From Schizosaccharomyces osmophilus (Eukaryota): a stretch of 64,000 bases of DNA. Both the position numbers and the translations under genes were made by a program. The stretch spans positions 3,596,001 to 3,660,000 of the forward strand of contig NC_079238.1 of assembly GCF_027921745.1 (NCBI RefSeq). The letters run 5' to 3'. The notes below the pieces were generated by a model. The model saw nothing but the letters and a program-made list of their open reading frames with translations, had not been told where the DNA came from and searched no databases. Numbering within the stretch: position 1 is the first letter of the stretch; each line of letters opens with the position of its first letter. Shown here piece after piece: positions 60,353 through 64,000 of this stretch.

Positions 60353-62210
60353 TTAGCTGTATAAAAAATTACTTTTTTTTTTTTCATTAATCGTGAACGA
60401 CTGTAAAGAAAAATAGGATCATTGTAGACATTGTCAAACTGACTTACCAAAATGCTTTCGACATGATGGGATTGTGGGAACAAATCAAAACCACGAATTT
60501 CGTCGATTTTATAGTTTTTACCAAGTTCATGATGCAGGATATACCCGACATCTCGAGCTTGGGTATGAACGTTACAGGAAATGTAAACAGCACGGGATGG
60601 TCCATACTCTAACAATTGGTTCAAAAAAACTTGGTCACACCCCTTTCTAGGAGGATCAATTACCATCGCAGTCTCCGCAGAGGGCGTTTTAATGCTCTGA
60701 AATCAGTTAGTGAGTCTGCTTTCGCATTCTGGATAAACACTTACTGAAAATATCTTTTCTGCTTCTCCAACAATGAAGTTTGTATTAGAAACGTTATTTC
60801 GCTGAGCATTTTCCTTTGCATAATGTACACTGTCAGCAGAAATTTCAACACCGATTACAGATTCAAATCCTTCCGAGCAAGCGATACTAAACAATCCTGA
60901 TCCACAGTAAGCATCAACAAAGTACTTCGGCTTTTGAAAGTTTTCATGTTTGAAGGGATTCAGCAACTGTTTTCTAACATAACCAGTAAAGTCAGGCAAA
61001 ATTGAGTTATTATTTTGAAAAAATGCACCTGCTGGGAACACGAACTTGAAATCTCCAAATGACTCAGTAACAATAGCTTTGTGGTCAGTGATGACCGAAT
61101 GTTCCCCATTGCTGTTCATGGAATCACGCATGAGAATTGTGGCTCCTCGCTTGTATGTAGATGCACGATCTTGTACCTCGCCAATTATCTTTGGATATGA
61201 TTCATTTATTTGCTTCGTAGCTATTGGACACTCTTCAATATCCAATACTCGTCTTCTACCTTTCTCTTGAAAACCAATGGTCAATGGTCCACTCGTACCG
61301 CCTTTAGGAACGTCAAAATGAGGAGTGATTTTAGTTCTGTAGTTATACTCCAAAGGGCTTCCTATCGTATTTTCAACCTGTGGAAGCTTTGAAGGGTCCA
61401 ACTTTGAAAAATACCGAAAGGCCTTTTCGATTACCTTTTTCTTCTGCTCAAGTTGCTTCTCATAGGGAAGCATTTGGTATTGACAACCTCCGCATTTTCC
61501 AAAATATTTACATCCAATTAGGGAGTCATCTCTATCTTTGGAAGGTGTTAACACTCCTAGAAAATCAGCCAGAGCATATGTACTATTTAATGTTAGTCAA
61601 GACAAAGAAGATGAGACTAAAAAAGTATAAAATGAATAATTCCTTAACCTACTTGCTAAGTTATTCAATCTTGTACTTACTCTGCTAAAAAGTGCAATTT
61701 AGCTTTCACTTTATCTCCGGGTAGTGAAAAGGGTACAACGACAGCGTAACGACCGTCCAAAACTAAGCCAATTCCATCTCCTATATGAGTTGTTAGTATG
61801 CTCTGGGTTCGATATCTAAAGGCTAGCGTTTGCGGCATGACATCCTTGCTTGAAGTCTCAAGATGATACGCTTAAACGAGACTTTTTTACCTACCTGAGG
61901 AACTCAAATACACTATATCTACTTCTATTTCTTGAAATCTTTCAAAGGGTATATTCGCCAAAGGTTGATGCTCCAAGAGATTCTCAATGTCTAATTGCAA
62001 TACATGGCCAGCACTTCCTTCTACGACAGGCTTTTTAGCACGTCTTTTTGAAAGTTTTCTTGCTCTTTTGTTAGAAATTTCTGGCACTTGCAACGGCCGA
62101 TTTAATTCAGTAGTCATATGGTATGAAGTTGATGTTGAAAATGAGGAGCGCAAAAATTTGGTAAAAAGAAGTTTAGGAAAGTGACCTCTTTGAAACACTG
62201 AAACTATCAT
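60353..62210 (-). CDS. trm2: tRNA (m5U54) methyltransferase Trm2; multi-exon
   Basis: TRAM-like N-terminus, CKYFGKCGGCQYQ, YRTKITPHF, AFFQNN, DAYCGSGLF, IDPPRKG, YISCN and DLFPQSHHVE. The stop position depends on the last intron (60447-60401) and an A12 run. Confidence 0.92.
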
Positions 62211-62738
62211 TAAAGACTTATTTGTTAAAAATCAAAAAAAAGTCCATTTAAAGAGTTATGGCAGCGCAGCTCAGTAGCTTGTAGAGTATATGTATCGTAA
62301 TGCAAACGAAAAGCCTTTTGCTATCCTGCAGTGAAATAATACTTAATCTTCAATATTTCCACAGAAAGATGGTATCTTGAACTCATTGAAATTTAAGAAA
62401 ATACGATAGAAAGCTACGTATGCTTGAGTTCTTTAAGATTTTTTGTAAAATGAATTTGATCATATTTCTCCTTCTCTTGTTTTGAATCTGTACATCTTAC
62501 TTCAACCTCTTCAGTGATGCTCTTTTCTTCTTAATTTCTCTTTTTTATTATGACTGCAAAAATTAGACAAAATATGTTAGAACACATATGCTTATTTCTA
62601 ATTATACAACTGATCGTAAATTCTATGATATTGCAATAATTTACGAATACACATAAATATATTTAAGTAGATTTTCGTGACGTTCGATGTTAGAGCTTCA
62701 TCATCGGGGGAATGACAGCTCAAGTGAATTGCCTTTAT

Positions 62739-64000
62739 TTACTTTAGTAGCCTAGTTTGCCAGTCTTCAAGGGTGTTTTGGTAACGGAGAAGAGTCATGA
62801 TAAAAGAAGGGTCACCTCCTTCACGCTGAGCTTCGAAATTAATCAAATAGTCTAATGCTTCATATGTACCATTCAAAGTTGTTTGTAGATGAGGCTCATC
62901 TTCTTCATCGGTTTCATGATCTCGATCGGGTAAGAATTGAGAAGCTACATAGGTCAGTACATCATCTCCAACTTCTTGAGGTCGTTCCTCAACGGGATCG
63001 ATAAAGCTATGAATATTTTCTGCCGAACGGGTATCGAAACGAGCAACGGAGTTTTGAATTTCACCCACTACTTCGGCAGGGTAAGATAGTTCGGGTTCAA
63101 CAGCATAAAAGTCTCTCAAAACACTGCTTTGACAAAAGCTACTATAAATAGATTCAGGCAAAATGTCAATCTCCCACGCTTTCGTCAGCCAGCGCATTGC
63201 ATGAAGAACATTGACGGTCTTGTGTGGGTTTCTACCAAGCTCTATTTGAGCAAGCATGTAGCGAATCCAATACTTCCGATAAAATGCTTTTAAAGTAAAC
63301 GTAATTCCATAATCAAAAGGATTGTAGCTCTTTTCCTGTTGCCCAGGAAGTATAATGACTGAAGTGTTTTTTAGATCTCGACTGGCGTTACGCAAATTTT
63401 GCAAAGCACAGACAACAGCAGTAGAACGTTCAAGCAAAAGTATTACTTTGCGGTTTTGCATTTGAGTATCGAACCACAAAAGCCATTCTTCAATCAATAT
63501 CGTGGTCAAACAAGCACGACCATTGTACCTCCAATGAAAGTTTAATACTTCTGGTTTAATTGCTGCTGCACGGAAAGCTTTGGGGTTTTGGGAGTAACCA
63601 ATAGCCCACATTGGAAGTTTTTTCGTGCCAGTGGCATTGGCACACAACAATGTGGTGATTCGAGCTTTGTCACGTTTCATTCCTTGTGCTTCCTCAACTG
63701 CATATATTTTGCTTGGTGTAAGCTTCCAGAAAAGTCCCATTTCACATAGTGCAAACACGTTTTCTGGTTCCGCCAAAGTAGTAATATCCGAGATTCTAGT
63801 AACCGTCTCAATCATGTTTCCGTGGAAAAGCAAATAAGGTTGTTCTTTATTGACATTGTTTTGAAATTGCTGGTGACGTCTCTTGAAGTTTTCTAACCAT
63901 CCATTGCTGAATTCGGGGGTGGGTAAATCTTTGTATTCTGGAATCTTTTTCCATAACTTACTAGCCGTTTCTTTGATGGCTTCTCCTGTGACTACCTGGT
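62739..64000 (-). CDS. CENP-B homolog (Abp1/Cbh family, domesticated pogo/Tigger transposase); N-terminus outside the window
   Basis: HTH segment VTGEAIKETASKLWKKIPEY...PEFSNGWLENFKRRH; DDE_1-like core GLFWK, RITTLLCANATG, IEEWLLWFD and LKAFYRKYW; acidic ETDEED. Which paralog cannot be determined by eye. Confidence 0.88.
   Translation of the reverse strand, partial: QVVTGEAIKETASKLWKKIPEYKDLPTPEFSNGWLENFKRRHQQFQNNVNKEQPYLLFHGNMIETVTRISDITTLAEPENVFALCEMGLFWKLTPSKIYAVEEAQGMKRDKARITTLLCANATGTKKLPMWAIGYSQNPKAFRAAAIKPEVLNFHWRYNGRACLTTILIEEWLLWFDTQMQNRKVILLLERSTAVVCALQNLRNASRDLKNTSVIILPGQQEKSYNPFDYGITFTLKAFYRKYWIRYMLAQIELGRNPHKTVNVLHAMRWLTKAWEIDILPESIYSSFCQSSVLRDFYAVEPELSYPAEVVGEIQNSVARFDTRSAENIHSFIDPVEERPQEVGDDVLTYVASQFLPDRDHETDEEDEPHLQTTLNGTYEALDYLINFEAQREGGDPSFIMTLLRYQNTLEDWQTRLLK

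Noticed and set aside
62739..64000. Active pogo/Tigger DNA transposon
   Set aside because: Two of three catalytic positions are substituted and no TIR is seen; it fits a domesticated CENP-B homolog.
1..64000. tRNA genes, 5S rDNA, wtf genes, Tf LTRs and CRISPR-like arrays
   Set aside because: None recognised by eye in any intergenic region; tRNAscan-SE and RepeatMasker were not run.

Overview
Eukaryotic, intron-rich, AT-rich DNA from a fission yeast. It is most likely a non-pombe Schizosaccharomyces (S. octosporus/cryophilus/osmophilus group, inferred from diverged proteins in pombe-like gene order). About 26 protein-coding genes are recognisable, collinear with my recollection of S. pombe chromosome I cosmids 1296/22F3/PJ696/22G7/4G8: sxa2, cox4, an AGM/PGM3-like mutase paralog, atf31, rdh54, tah18, vps17, lsb4, fra1, kap111, an orphan ORF, pan2, kri1, ura1, a METTL4-like methyltransferase, ppk8, nup45, iss1, a Con-6-like gene, sss1, puf5, a TBC Rab-GAP, ppk14, trm12, trm2 and a CENP-B/pogo-derived gene. 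I saw no tRNA, rRNA, LTR or CRISPR element. The main anomaly is a ~3.7 kb purine/pyrimidine skew and microsatellite island around the divergent puf5/TBC-GAP promoter. It has a perfect 30-bp inverted repeat at the skew switch and sits where I recall the S. pombe mbs1 meiotic break hotspot. Other leads: an orphan ORF with a degenerate RecA/SWSAP1-like pattern, a 10-nt tail-to-tail coding overlap of atf31 and rdh54, a motif-altered hexose-phosphate mutase paralog, and a forkhead-site cluster. Exon boundaries were inferred by eye from GT..CTRAY..YAG signals, and orthology calls come from memory without database searches.
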